A stretch of 62,901 nt of DNA, the filler included, from Perkinsus chesapeaki ATCC PRA-425 (Eukaryota; Protista; Perkinsozoa), in NCBI GenBank assembly GCA_013115145.1. It is 18 parts of 18 records of this genome, joined end to end, with 100 filler letters (N's around TTAATTAATTAA, not from the genome) between each part and the next. Parts side by side here need not be neighbours in the genome. Positions count along the whole stretch, not along the records: positions 1 to 1,498 come from JAAPAO010001932.1; positions 1,599 to 13,755 come from JAAPAO010000824.1; 16 more parts are not named here. One strand, given 5' to 3'. This document shows positions 1 through 12,527 of the stretch, in pieces. The notes beneath the pieces are model-generated. The model saw only the letters and a program-made list of their open reading frames with translations, did no database searches and was not told where the DNA came from. The translations under genes and the position numbers were made by a program. Position 1 is the first letter of the stretch. Each line of letters begins with the position of its first letter.

Positions 1-1498
1 GGCCAGGGCTTGGAGAGCTGCCAGAAGAGCCTCGAGAGCTACTTGGAGGGCAAGAGGAACAAGTTCCCACGCTTTTACTTCGTATCGGATCCGGTGCTGC
101 TGAAGATTCTTTCACAAGGGTCGGAGCCCGAGAGCATCCAGGACGACTTCGAGAAGCTGTTCGACGCCATTTCTCGAGTGCAGTTCGATAAGGTTGACCG
201 CAAGAAGATCACAAAGATCAAGGCCATTGTGGGCACCGCTGAGGAGGTCGTCGACCTTAGTGCGCCCGTGAACGCCGTTGGCAACATCGAGGACTGGCTG
301 CTCGCGCTCGAAGCCGAGATGCAGAAGTCGATCCGACGGGAGTGTCGGTATTGCTCTCACGATACTGGAGCTGTCATGAACGGCATGTCCTTGAAGGAGT
401 TCGCTGACCGCTACATTGGACAAGTGTCTCTACTTGGTATCCAAATCATTTGGACGGTGGACTTCCAGGAGGCGCTGATGAAGGCCACTCGAGAGAAGGA
501 CAGGCAGATATTGCCGGCAACGAACAAGAAGTTCCAGCAGATGCTGGCGGACTTGGTCTCGTACTGTTTGTCTGACCTGGGCTCCAAAATGAACCGCACC
601 AAGTACGAGACATTAGTGACGATCCACGTCCATCAGAGGGATCTCTTCCAAGAAGTGATGAAGAAGACAAGGGAGCACAAAGTGAAGGACGAGAACGATT
701 TTGAGTGGATGAAGCAAACGAGATTCTACTGGAGGACCGAGACGGACCACGCCATAGTGTCAATTGCCGATTGCGACTTCACTTACTCGTATGAGTATCT
801 AGGCGTGAAGGAGCGTCTGGTCATTACCCCTCTGACTGATAGATGTTATCTTACTCTCTCTCAAGCGCTCGGTATGTTCTACGGTGGCGCGCCTGCTGGC
901 CCAGCTGGGACAGGCAAGACCGAGACCACGAAGGATATGGGCCGATCGTTGGGAATCTTTGTTATTGTTACTAATTGCTCAGACCAGCACCGATATAAGG
1001 ATATGGCCAAGATCTTCAAGGGCCTCTGCCAGAGCGGTCTCTGGGGCTGCTTTGATGAGTTCAACCGTATCGAGCTGGAAGTGCTGTCAGTCGTAGCTAT
1101 GCAAGTCGAGTCCATTACTTTGGCTAAAAAACAGAATGCGAAGACCTTCTCCTTCCCAGGCGAGTCTATTCCCATTCGTTTGGTGCCGAGTGTCGGTTAC
1201 TTCATCACCATGAACCCCGGCTACGCTGGTCGCCAGGAGCTTCCCGAGAACTTGAAGGTGTTGTTTAGGTCGGTCAGTATGATGGTTCCCGATCGCGAGA
1301 TCATTATGAGAGTGAAGCTGGCCTCGGTTGGGTACACGCAGATGGACCTCCTCGGCAAGAAGTTCAACGTCCTGTACAAGCTTTGTGAAGAGCAGCTGTC
1401 GAAGCAGCGACACTACGACTTTGGATTGAGGAATATCTTGTCGGTTTTGCGAACTGCGGGTGGCGTGAAGCGAAGCGAGCCCCCGGATGCCGATGAGG
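1..1498 (+). CDS. Dynein heavy chain, axonemal type (linker/AAA1 region), partial at both ends
   Basis: Open frame across the contig with RFYFVSD, the AAA1 P-loop GPAGTGKTET, WGCFDEFNRI, FITMNPGYAGRQELPENLK and QRHYDFGLR; no introns in this stretch. Confidence 0.97.
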
Positions 1499-1598
1499 NN
1501 NNNNNNNNNNNNNNNNNNNNNNNNNNNNNNNNNNNNNNNNNNTTAATTAATTAANNNNNNNNNNNNNNNNNNNNNNNNNNNNNNNNNNNNNNNNNNNN
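1499..1598. other. Artificial contig-joining spacer (N-run, TTAATTAATTAA, N-run); first of 17
   Basis: The same 100-nt spacer occurs at 13756-13855, 19938-20037, 22059-22158, 26912-27011, 29769-29868, 35131-35230, 36294-36393, 39298-39397, 41194-41293, 44217-44316, 45885-45984, 47596-47695, 48815-48914, 51593-51692, 60006-60105 and 61437-61536. TTAATTAATTAA is the standard all-frame stop linker. 56072-56165 is a plain N gap. Confidence 0.99.
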
Positions 1599-4482
1599 AC
1601 TGAATCCTAGTTTGTGCATTTCGCTCGCTAGCGCCGCCGCGTTTGCCACAACCTGAAGTGTATCAAGCTACGGTGCTCACAAAATAACGCCCCTACTTGC
1701 TCCTGGTACTCGCGGAATTCAACGGAAGCCGCCTGCTTCAGGGCCACCGACAGTCCAGCAATAATGTGATTGTGAGGGCCGCCCTGAGACACAATAAAAG
1801 CTGGAAAATACATCTCTGTCGATGACACAAGAGTGGCAAGTCAAGCACTCGCTATGGGCGATATGAGTGATTCATAGGAAAGAGCGAATATGTGCTTCCC
1901 TGAAAGTATTGGCGAGGGAAAGGAACCCTTCAAATTTGCAAAAAAAATCCCATTTAGGGGAATTGAAGGCGTCATCATTGCGACAAATCGATTAAGGACT
2001 GGGCTGGTAAGTCAGCGGTTTTTCGTCACCACTCTTACCTGCATCCCGGGGAAAACAGTGGAGTTGATTTTATCGGCGAAGTCGTAGTTTATAGCGTTGC
2101 CCTTCTTGTCTACACCCTTCTGCCCAACTCTATAAAAAATCATCGCGCCTCTCGGGCCTGAAAACATCCTCCTAACAAGAAACCACCGTGAGGTGCGTTG
2201 GGACCTCGTAAAGTCTTATGAGTGGTAGTGGTGACAATGTCGCAGTCTTCAAAAGGTGAAGGATGTACCTGTCGTAAAGTAGACCGCGTTTTAGCATTCC
2301 AAGGAGGACGCTCACCCCGGCCGCGACAAGTCCGGAAATATGAGCCATATCACACATTAGGATTGAACCTGAAAATCACTCGCCAACTGCTTCCCTCTAT
2401 CGAGATCAACCAGCCTAACGAGCAATCAACCATAGCCGGAAACATGACAACTGTTCCAACGAGAGTCAATCGCTTATCGCTATGGGAAACAGCGAAATGG
2501 CTCTTGTAATTTCCACGAAAGCATATTGAATGAAATGTTGACAATGTCTGAATGTACACTGATGGTAGTACTTGACATGTACCCTTCAGATGGACAGAGA
2601 ACACTACTGAAGAATGCGGCTCTCCCGACATAGATCCTATCATATTCATACACAAATGATATACCAAAATTATAATAGTTTTAATCCTTATTAGGATTTA
2701 AATTCCTAATTATTATAATTAATTTAATTACTTTTGTTTACATTGTAAACACGATACTATTTCGGCAGAATAGTATCGGTACTTTATAGTAGTATATTAG
2801 GTATTAATATTTCATAGTCATATAATACCAGCCCACCTGATTTATCGGCAATCTCCCGGAAACGCTTGAAGTCCGGGAACCGTGGGTAAGCCGAATAACC
2901 CGTAATAAGAATCTTCGGTCTAAACCTGATCAGCAACAGTCGGAATGACGGTGCAAGATGAAGCCATCGCACCTGGTCGCCAAAAGCTCAAGTTCATTGT
3001 AATTGATGAGACCTGTCTTCTCATCCAGTCTGTACGGCATCGACGTCCAAAATTTAGACACCATCGATACCTTTTTTGTATCTGGATAATCACTAGCGGG
3101 CATCTCAAGAGTAAGCTATCCCAGGTGAGTCAAGGCCACACTGCGACACAGGCTTACCACAGGTTTGCATATCGCATTCGAAGAGCTTTTACGCACATCT
3201 TTATGATAAATATATGCCAAAGTCACGCCAAGAAATAGTTGCCAATGGCTACTACTGGCAAGGCAGATACGTATCTGCCCACGTATCTTTCAGAGGCGTA
3301 TCCTCACCATGGTATCATTAGCGTGCAGTTACGCAGTTATGAAGAGCTATTAAGCAGCGTAACAGCTCTTTACAAAAACTGCATCAAATTTAATTCGCGG
3401 TTCCTTTATCAGTTAATAAATGAGTATAAACGCCAATATTGAGATAGTATTATAAAGAAACCGCCCTACCAGTTTGATAACCGTGAGACAGGTGTCCACC
3501 ATGCGGCAGATCCAAAGCCATCAATCGCTCATGTGGCTCCATCAACGCTGTGTAACTGATGACCCAACGGTTCCATTATAACTATACCAAAACTTACACT
3601 TGAAAATTAGCCGGTGACCCTGACAATGGCTGCACGTTCACGCCCCACTTCTCTGGGCTTAGCCTGTAGGCCTCGAGAGCTCTGAAGACAAACTAGTGAC
3701 ACCTGGGCAAGTTTCGATGCTGCGCACTGAGGGTTATCCATTTATGATGTTGTTACAAAAAATATGGTTAATAACAATAATTGTTATTAAGCAACTTTCA
3801 CTGTTAGTAAAGACAGAACCAATTCATACGTCGAGTGCTGCCGATGAGCTTACCTTTGTTGACAAAGAACTTCCATTTGGTCAATATACTCATTACCACC
3901 ATAGTAGCGTGCATGCGGATAACCCTCCGAATATCTGAACAAATTCGAGAGTATCAATTCAAGTTTATAACAATTATAGGTATCTCCTTCACTATCGTAT
4001 CCCAGAACAAGCTTACAAACAACTGGAGGGTTGAAGCTATAAAAAGTATAAATTAATTGGGTCGAGGGTTGAAGCAACAAAAAGTATAGATTAATCGGGT
4101 CGAGGGTTGAAGCAACAAAAAGTATAAATTAATTGGGTCAAGGGTTGAAGCTATAAAAAGTATGATTGGGAATCTGACTAGTTCCCTCACTTATTTGTCA
4201 TAATGGAGCCAATAGCGTCCAGCACCGCCTGACTGGTGAAGTTTTCCGAGGCAATAAGATCAAGATTCTTCTTCTGTCGCCTACGCTCCTTCTCGATAAT
4301 ACCAGAAACCTACCAATAACAAAAACGTCACTGCGCCACGAAAATCTTCTTACCTCAGGGTCAACATCGGACAGGTGGGCGTTCAACCTTTGGGCTTGCA
4401 CGGATATCATCCTCCTCGCAATGGAGACCAAAGCTCCTCGGCAAGCCACAGTAGAAATGCTCAGCGCTGGACGAGACAACAT
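1599..4482 (-). CDS. SHMT: Serine hydroxymethyltransferase, multi-exon, probably mitochondrial; 3' end cut by contig edge
   Basis: Spliced exons give [25 protein letters not shown] (Arg/Ser-rich, acid-free presequence), [92 protein letters not shown] (PLP Lys) and [18 protein letters not shown], with GT-AG introns. Confidence 0.96.
4026..4163. repeat. 38-bp tandem repeat, about 3.6 copies, in SHMT intron 2
   Basis: Unit GAGGGTTGAAGCTATAAAAAGTATAAATTAATTGGGTC; copies 1 and 4 carry GCTATAAA, copies 2 and 3 carry GCAACAAA. Confidence 0.95.
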
Positions 4483-4537
4483 ACAATAAAAATACACTCT
4501 AAATTACAAGTAACGGTCTGCTGTTGATAAAGTGGGC

Positions 4538-4666
4538 ATAATGGAACATTAGCTATAATGGAACATAAGTTATAATGGAACATTAGTTATAATGGAACAT
4601 TAGTTATAATGGAACATTAGTTATAATGGAACATTAGCTATAATGGAACATTAGCTATAATGGAAC
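4538..4666. repeat. 17-bp tandem repeat, about 7.6 copies, immediately upstream of the SHMT ATG
   Basis: Unit ATAATGGAACATTAG(T/C)T, head to tail, no spacers. Confidence 0.96.
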
Positions 4667-5499
4667 CTTGATCACAATATCCAGCATAATTATGAACATT
4701 GTATACAATGTATTAATATGTACTTATTCCCTATCGCCTATTCCTCATGATACGGATCATCAGATGCGTGCTTGTTGGTCATCCTTGATCACTACTGCTG
4801 CTCTGTCATGATTACGATACATTTCTTGTTCCCAGAATCGACCTTGCAGAATCCTACAAATTCCCCACTCCACCCGTTCAAGCACGCCATGACAGTCACG
4901 AACTGCTGATGCTGTTCCACTACTAAAATAACACCATCCCACGCAGCCTTGTTATCCCTCAGACTCCCAGAGATTGGGAGGTATTGAAGATTCACTTAAC
5001 AAACAAGAGATGTATTCAGAAACCGTCATCTCACATGTATTGTAGACAAATCAAGAACCACCGCCGGGCGAATACCAATTAGGCCACCACGCATGACGAC
5101 GCTTTCGGCCGACCCAGGTCGTACGGAGCTTCACGGCCCCTAAGGCAGGTTCACGTGATGATGACAGTTATGTGCTTTAAGTCAGTTGTACCGTACAACT
5201 AGTTGCACGGTCCAAGATAACAAAGAAAGCTTTTGAATAATATATATAACATTGTATGTATATAATACATGTATATAATCTATAATAGTATACTATACTA
5301 TATATTATAGTATTATCATATTATTAATATACAGTATAGCTGCGCTCAGGCCATATAACGGGTAATGATGCTCCGTTGCCCAACGGCTAAGCCGCCCCGG
5401 CGAACCATTACTACTACATCTCTGAACTAGCGCCAACTGAATCATTTATTAATTGGACAGGATATGTGCGGTAAAACTTCACACACAGATACCATTCAA

Positions 5500-6200
5500 G
5501 CCATACTGGTAATTCACTAGTAGTAAGAATCTACGACTAGGAGTACTTTCTATCCTTTACAGCTCAGATGACAAATCTCCACGCCGCAGCATCAACAACA
5601 GCGAAAATGGAAGCCTCTCCTCAGACATACGAAGTCATGCCTCTTTCGTTCCACACACTCTACAGTGCGTTCGCTTTTGTTCGGTAAGTCGCTAAAATTT
5701 TAACATCTGACGTACACATCATCAAACTAGAGTGGGACCTTGGGGACTTTAGCTATTTGACAAGAGGAATCGATTGGTATGACTTTCGTGACAGAACTCC
5801 CAGCCGTTTCATCAGGAGGGCGAGCGAGAAAAAACTGTTTATCCCACTAGACTCACTCCTCTGATTCATATTATCTTCCGGCTTAAAGCCTCTATTCGTC
5901 ATAACCAGTTTCGGCGAGTTCACGTGCGCCCACAACTTAACGTCTGCTCCAATCATCGGACAAGATACTGCTTGCCATGTCCCATGTGTTCCAACCCATT
6001 CTTTTTCCGCTTTCAAACCTAAAATAAAATACCCTCACCGGGGTTCGAACCTTGGTCGTTCGATTACTAGCCTTCTTGATCTCCAGTAGCTTCAATAAAC
6101 GCTCCTCTGTTGTGAGATCAAACGGTTTCTTCCTCTCTTTATTTTCCAGCAACTCGCATGCTCCCCAATCTAGAAGTAGTTTCGTCTGAGCAAACATCAA
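5500..6200 (-). pseudogene. Degenerate LTR-retrotransposon integrase core
   Basis: Fragments WQAVSCPMIG, PKLVMTNRG, KRLGV and VERKRHDFV parallel WQVVGADLAG, PRVLITDR, KHGV and WERPHKDFV in the integrase at 23695-26511; frames are broken. Boundaries approximate. Confidence 0.55.
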
Positions 6201-6210
6201 CTTGTCAAAA

Positions 6211-6444
6211 GAACTATAATACCTATATCTATATAAGAACTATAATACCTATATCTATATAAGAACTATAATACCTATATCTATATAAGAACTATAATAC
6301 CTATATCTATATGAGAACTATAATACCTATATCTATATAAGAACTATAATACTTATATCTAGATAAGAAGTATAATACCTATATTTATATAAGAACTATA
6401 ATACCTATATCTATATAAGAACTATAATACCTATATCTATATAT
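6211..6444. repeat. 26-bp tandem repeat, 9 copies
   Basis: Unit GAACTATAATACCTATATCTATATAA with few substitutions, no spacers. Confidence 0.96.
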
Positions 6445-6651
6445 ATTTGTATGCTAATTGCTATGTATATAATATAATTCATAATGAGACACAATTGATT
6501 GAGTTAATATCGTTTATATCGACAGATAATGTAGGCATACATTTCATCAACGTATAACAATTATAATAATATAACATATGACCTAGATAGTATCTTCGCA
6601 CCAGAGGAGTAGATTCATGAAACATATGAAAGCCAAAAGCTGTAACAGCTA

Positions 6652-6688
6652 CTACACCCTTCTGCCCAACCCTATAAAAGATCATCGC
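6652..6688 (-). pseudogene. Orphan 37-nt copy of an SHMT exon segment ([12 protein letters not shown])
   Basis: 35/37 identical to 2110-2146. Confidence 0.85.
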
Positions 6689-6789
6689 ATATACCAATTG
6701 GAGCCAATGGGTACATAAAATAATAATTCTCTGTACACAGTAAGAGTACAGATTCTCATCACTGTATTCTCAGTGTAAGATTCTCAATA

Positions 6790-8100
6790 CCCAACTTACC
6801 ATCGTAATATCTTTCCGTTTAATCGCTAAATGCAAAGGCGTATTGCCGTTCTCGTCCCTCTTATTAACCTGATAATAACACCACAAACTTCATCCCCGTA
6901 CTCCATACAGGAATCCATCGCTGCCTTTCTACCACTAGAGATCGGAACTCAACGCGACCAACATAATAAGATAGCATCCGTAACTCCTTGTCAAGCCGTA
7001 GTAGCTTTCAGCTCGTCAAATACCTACTTCGAATTCCCTCTAAACTAACTTTTTTCGGCAACATATACGGACGAAGTTCTAAGAACTGTTCCATGAAGCC
7101 GCCGCGCACACCAAGTATGTGGCGGTCTTCCATTATCATCGACTGCACAGCCAGCTTCGCATTAGTATATCATATTCCTATTGATACGGAAGCGCATAAA
7201 GAACATTTATATAATATATTTTTCCCTCTTCTGCAGCGACACATTCACCAAACACATCGTGCCACGATAGGAGCTTGACTGAGGGCTCAACGAAGCGACT
7301 CAGCCCTATACAAGACGCCGGGGGGAGTTTGCCCCTGGCATATCTCTCCGCGCTATACATTACCTGCATTCCGCTCCGCAATAGGTCCAATAGCTTTCCT
7401 CTTTTACCCCGTTTAATACAGGTATGCAGTGCTGTACCATGCCCGAAACCGCCGTCGGTCAACGAGACACTACTGGTCGGTCGATCCGCCTGATATTACT
7501 TTGTTAATATTTTCTTCCCGCAAATAGCCTCTATGTGAAAAAAAGACGCGATATGAATTTCTCGGCCGAACCTTGGGTTTAATATTCCGACTAAGGTCAT
7601 AACTTGACCGCAAAGGACGGCATTATTTCTATTACACAAGACATTCAGACCCCAATTTGGTAGTTAGTAAATCTATTAACGAATGAGATGGAGGTTGTAA
7701 AAGGTTATAGTCTACAGCTAGCCACAACGACCTACCACTGACCACGATATAGCCGTGAACTCGCCGTACTAGTGGGCGTTGGTGCTGGAAAGGAACGACA
7801 CATCTACGCATGCTCCTAATGTTGAGCAACCAATCACGCTCGATAATAATAATAGTAGTAGATCATAGCCTTATTTACTAGTACTATTATCGAGTCTTAT
7901 TAGAATGCCAATCAAATTCGCACTGCAGCAGATCCAACGCACTCGGAATGATTCCCGTTTCCGACGTCATCACCTCCTCTCCCTCCTTCGCCTGTACAGC
8001 TATGCCTCGGGTAGCAGCCGTAACACCGAGCCTTCCACGAAGGGGCCGCACAAATATCGGAAGAGACCGATGTAAAGGGACGCTTGACATTTAACAAGCT
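6790..8100 (-). pseudogene. Ankyrin-repeat gene remnant
   Basis: Minus-strand fragments VNKRDENGNTPLHLAIKRKDITMV (6790-6865), GHGTALHTCIKRGKRGKLLDLLRSG, DDNGRPPHT and GRSLWLAVDYN fit the ankyrin consensus; stops and shifts lie between them. Confidence 0.6.
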
Positions 8101-9199
8101 ACAAGACTTTATCAGGAGCCCAAAAAGATAGTGGTCGTATTTATCAGAGACGATTAGTGAAGAGCAAGAATCATGCCCGGCACGGAGATATGAGTTATAT
8201 GGAACAAAACCTGACAATTATTATGTATAATATGATCGAGTTCGACAAGCACTTAATAGTTGATTCAAGCCATACGAAATTGTCGACATCCATTATACGT
8301 CAAAGCATTTGATCATCCTTAAGTCATATTACTTCTCAAACTTGTATTTTTCAGTCATTAACAAGACCGAAGACTAAGACCTGATTCTGATTCAATAATG
8401 AAATCCTAACCACGTCCATTAAATGACTTACTCAACACAAGTAGCCATACAAGCGTAGATAAATGTCGAAAAGCAACTATCCAGACAATCACAACTGCAC
8501 ACTTACAAATCGCATTACAACCAGCAGCAGCACCTCTTCAACGGTGACTAATTCTCGGTATTTTCGGGACACCATTTATCGCTCTCTTCTTCGTTGCTGT
8601 ATAATTGCCATAGAAGAACTCCCAATAAGACTCCAGTGAAATCATAGCTGGGATTCGAAGAAAAGATACGCTCATCGCACTATAAAGATTCTCACCTTCG
8701 CAGTCGGCTAAGATGCATTACTATGCCGTCATGAATCATCAACGAACGGTACCTATTACGCGCCATTCGTTAATACTTGCCAGGTCTTTCTAATTACTAC
8801 CACCAAGGTTGATGAGCGTTATAGTACAGGACCCTCGACTGTATACCAGAACATACAGTGCACTGTGGGAGGTAATACTAATAATGATAAAAGTACCAGG
8901 CGGGTTGCACAATACCAAAGCTCACAAGCGAACGAACTCGCTACGACGAACCGCAGAGAGTCGCTTGACCAACTTCTCAATAGAATTGAAGAGGTCAACT
9001 GCGTAAGGAACCTTCGAATCCTTTGCGATTCACCGGCAGTGTATTTCGCAAATAGAGAGCAGACAAATAATCAAAGATTTACAAGGTGATGATGATTCAA
9101 GGGTTCAATAACAGGAATTTCATCGCATCCGATACATTTTTCTAACACCCCTGAGCTTCCAAGACGTCCATCAAAGAATTGACATCATTACTTGCTTCA

Positions 9200-10260
9200 C
9201 ACCTCCGCTAATCCTGTCCAACCAGGTACGTCCAAATCCTGACGATATCGCCGCAGTTGGTGGACACAAATCAGATACAAACGGTCCTGCTTTGGTACCA
9301 CAAGTATGGCAACCGATGCTCTGAAAAAAAGAGAGTTCATCTTAACAATTAGGTGATAACAATTCAGTCTCAGCGTTATTAATATACATTGGACAGTCCA
9401 GGCTGGACTGTCCAGCCGAGACTTCGAAGTTGTCGAGCGTTGGCACTTTTCCTGTAATGCTAGTATATTTATCCTCACTATGCCTCCGCATGGCAGTAAC
9501 AGAAAAATGACATATTGAAAAACAAAACAATTTGGCTCATCGATCGATTACAAAGTTGACACATCTTTCCAAACCTCGGAATCTTGTAATGAGATCATGT
9601 TAATTGACACTCGTCGAACTTCTGGCTACGAAGATAAGTTAACTTCAAAACAGTGGATGCCGAGCATATACTAGTAGTATAATATTGCGACCACGCCAAG
9701 TATCAGAAGAGAAACGCTCGCTGAGTAATCTCGGTCATGGCACCTAACTGTGCGGAGCGAAGCCACCGCAGAAAGCCCCTCGCGCCAACGACTGAGGGAT
9801 GTTCAGGCTAAGCCTCTTCACAACTGCTCATACCGCCTGTAGGGTCTGTGCCAAACCCGCCTAGGTAAAGCAGATGGGCCGAACAGTTCTCATCCAAGTA
9901 GCACTGAATTCAGCCAGCGCTACCGTATAGTACGTTATTTGTTGAAGACATACCTCCGGGGTGGGACTGTCGATTAGATATTGAATCACGCCGCAGCTCA
10001 CGAAGGTCTGCGAGGTATATGAGTGCCTCAGGGAATTGAAAGCGTTCTGCACGTCTAGGGCAAGAAGGGCCACACTTTAAAGTTTTACACACACTGATCC
10101 GAACCGATCTGGTTGGCTAACTCTTTCCAATGGAAGGGGTTATGGAAGCTTATGGAAGGCTTCCATAGCTCTACCGTCTTACAACAATCGATGACAGAAT
10201 TAGGAAGAACACTAGCAGGGTGATACTTTCCCCCTGCCAGTAGTTACCGTAATACACTAC
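9200..10260 (-). mobile_element. Degenerate non-LTR (LINE-like) reverse transcriptase
   Basis: GKYHPASVLP (compare YRPISLL) is followed at the expected spacing by VALLALDVQNAFNSL (compare LDxxxAFDSV); in-frame stops lie between. Boundaries approximate and the element probably extends further. Confidence 0.55.
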
Positions 10261-12459
10261 TAGTAATTCTCCCCTACGTGGTGGCTATGAAGGAGGAGGC
10301 AGTATCTCCTTCATCTCAGATGTACTCTAGCCCAGAGCCTCTAGGTACCTCCGAGGTACTAGGATTCCACCCACTACCTCCCGGTTCGGGCGGGTTCGGC
10401 AAAGCGTACGGCGTGTCTATTCGACGTGCAGTCTTCACGAACTTCGTGACACGGAGTTAGCAATGTGAACTCTGTGCGATTTGCTTGAATAATCGAGGCA
10501 TAAGAATATTTCCAACTTTCCTCAAAAAGCATCAAACTCTGCAAGAAGTAATTGGATTGTTTTCTAAATGTTCGAACTAGGACACCATATGCCCAGTACC
10601 TTTCCTAATGTAGTAGTGACATGTCGTACACTACCTCTCGAACTCCTCAAATTGCCAGGCAACGCCTGTTCCAACTTAGGTGACCAAAACGAACCTAGAC
10701 CAATCTTCATAGTTTGTATTTCATTTCAATACAATGTATCTTACCTCTATAAAGAACACTCGAGGGCAAAACCGAACGCCAGGAACCACCAAGCATAGTG
10801 AACATCAGCAATGCCACCTACACGGATATATAAAATATTTTCGCATACTTGAAGCGTGTACATACAGTATACTGAGGAATTAAGTCTGGGATAGTCTATA
10901 AATGCTCGCTATTGGAATATTCTACATTGAGGTGGAGTATACTGCGGCACTATTAGTACCTCTACAGATAATAGGCTGTTCCTTTCTTATGGTAAGGAAT
11001 TTATGATACTTGAAAATAAACAGCTTGGTGATATGCACTCCATTCGACCTCCCATAGCAGTTTCCTAGCAATCACCCTCTGTAGCATTTCCTACCACTTC
11101 ATTTTCCTGAGAAAACTTAACTTCATTTTTTTCTTTCGGACCTTTTCACATGAAAAGAATTTTCGGTAAAAAATGGCAGATCTCAGAATCGTGCCTGCGA
11201 CTTCGACGATTCACAATTGGCCCAAGCTCCGTATACACTACGCGAATGGCCGGCAAATGCCCTTCCTCCTCATCACCGCTCCCCTCTAGTACCATTCCAT
11301 CTCTAACTGTTGTAGGTGCATCCCAATGCTTGAATGAATCCAACAAACTCTCATCTTCAGTCCATGAAGATCTCTTTGAGAAATATCTAAGGTGCAGTGA
11401 CGCATTCCTTCAGCATCCCCGCTCCGTACTCGGCTGTTTTTCCGACTACAGCTCCTCCGCCGAATATGATAGAATATCCTGTAAGCCTGAATAACCGAAA
11501 TAAGTCACTCGCCGCCCAAATCGAGGATAATTTCTTTGAGTTAACAACGAAATGCTTCGGAGAAATAGGACCAACCGATCGGGATGCAAATGAAATTAAT
11601 GACAAGCGCGTTCAACTTTCAGTACCAATGAAATTAATTTATGAGCAACAACAACCAATACTGCCGGAATAGTCATTATAGAGACAACAAGTTTACTTGC
11701 CCACATGCACCCACTTTAGCCTATTTCAAGTTCGCCTATAGAGGATAACAAACCCATATCCATGACGTAATATAATATTAACGAAGCAGAAACCTTTGCA
11801 TTTCCCAGAGGAAAGGGAGCGAATCTATGAAATTCGTTTCCGCTATTTTGAATCTTCATTCGAAGTTGTTGCAGCCCGAGGAAGTATCCTCTCCCAGCCG
11901 ACGCTTTGATCATCGGAGTGGAAGTTTCGACCATTTTCGCCCTCAAATTCCGATACCCTAACACTCCCCTCTACTACCTTCCAGTTATCGGCATTTTGGA
12001 TGTAATAGTCGACAAATAAGCCGCTAATTGACCCGACCTTGTAGCTGTTAAAAAAGCAGCTGCACCAACACCTGACAGAAAGATATCTTCATACATTGTA
12101 TGGCATCAGATAACATGGTAACCAGCTCAATATAAATCAGATCAATCACATTAAGTACAATTACTGTTGGATATTTCATTAACAATTCGACCTAATGTAT
12201 AATGACATAACAGTTATAAATCTTGGTACGAGAGAGTTTCAACCAAGTCGAACTGATGCATCATGGAATACGCCGATGTCCTCCACGTTTATATGTCACA
12301 GTACGTTGACACGAATTTACGTTGGAATTTACGGGATAAAGAGATTGGACGAAAAATAGACTCTCGATAGTTCACCAACTCACCTGCAGGAACTAATAAT
12401 GAGTCTCGCATAGGCGGCCAATACGTGGCATACGTCCTCTCAACAGACCTGAAAAATTA

Positions 12460-12527
12460 GGTGCTCGGAATCGAACCGACGACCTCCGGCTTAGCGGTCG
12501 GGCAACATTCCTGTTACTCTGCTAGCC
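12460..12527 (-). pseudogene. tRNA-derived / Pol III-like sequence, not a foldable tRNA
   Basis: A-box-like TAGCAGAGTAACAGG, B-box GGTTCGATTCC inside a T-arm (TCGG/CCGA), T-run downstream; anticodon and acceptor stems do not pair properly. Confidence 0.35.

Noticed and set aside
1499-1598. Recurring TTAATTAATTAA between N-runs, and ORFs ending XXXXLIN
   Set aside because: Assembly linker; it creates false ORF ends and false neighbourhoods.
4538-6444. Short regular repeats as a CRISPR array
   Set aside because: Head-to-tail units with no unique spacers, no cas genes, eukaryotic context.
12460-12527. Functional tRNA gene
   Set aside because: Only the T-arm folds; anticodon and acceptor stems are mismatched.
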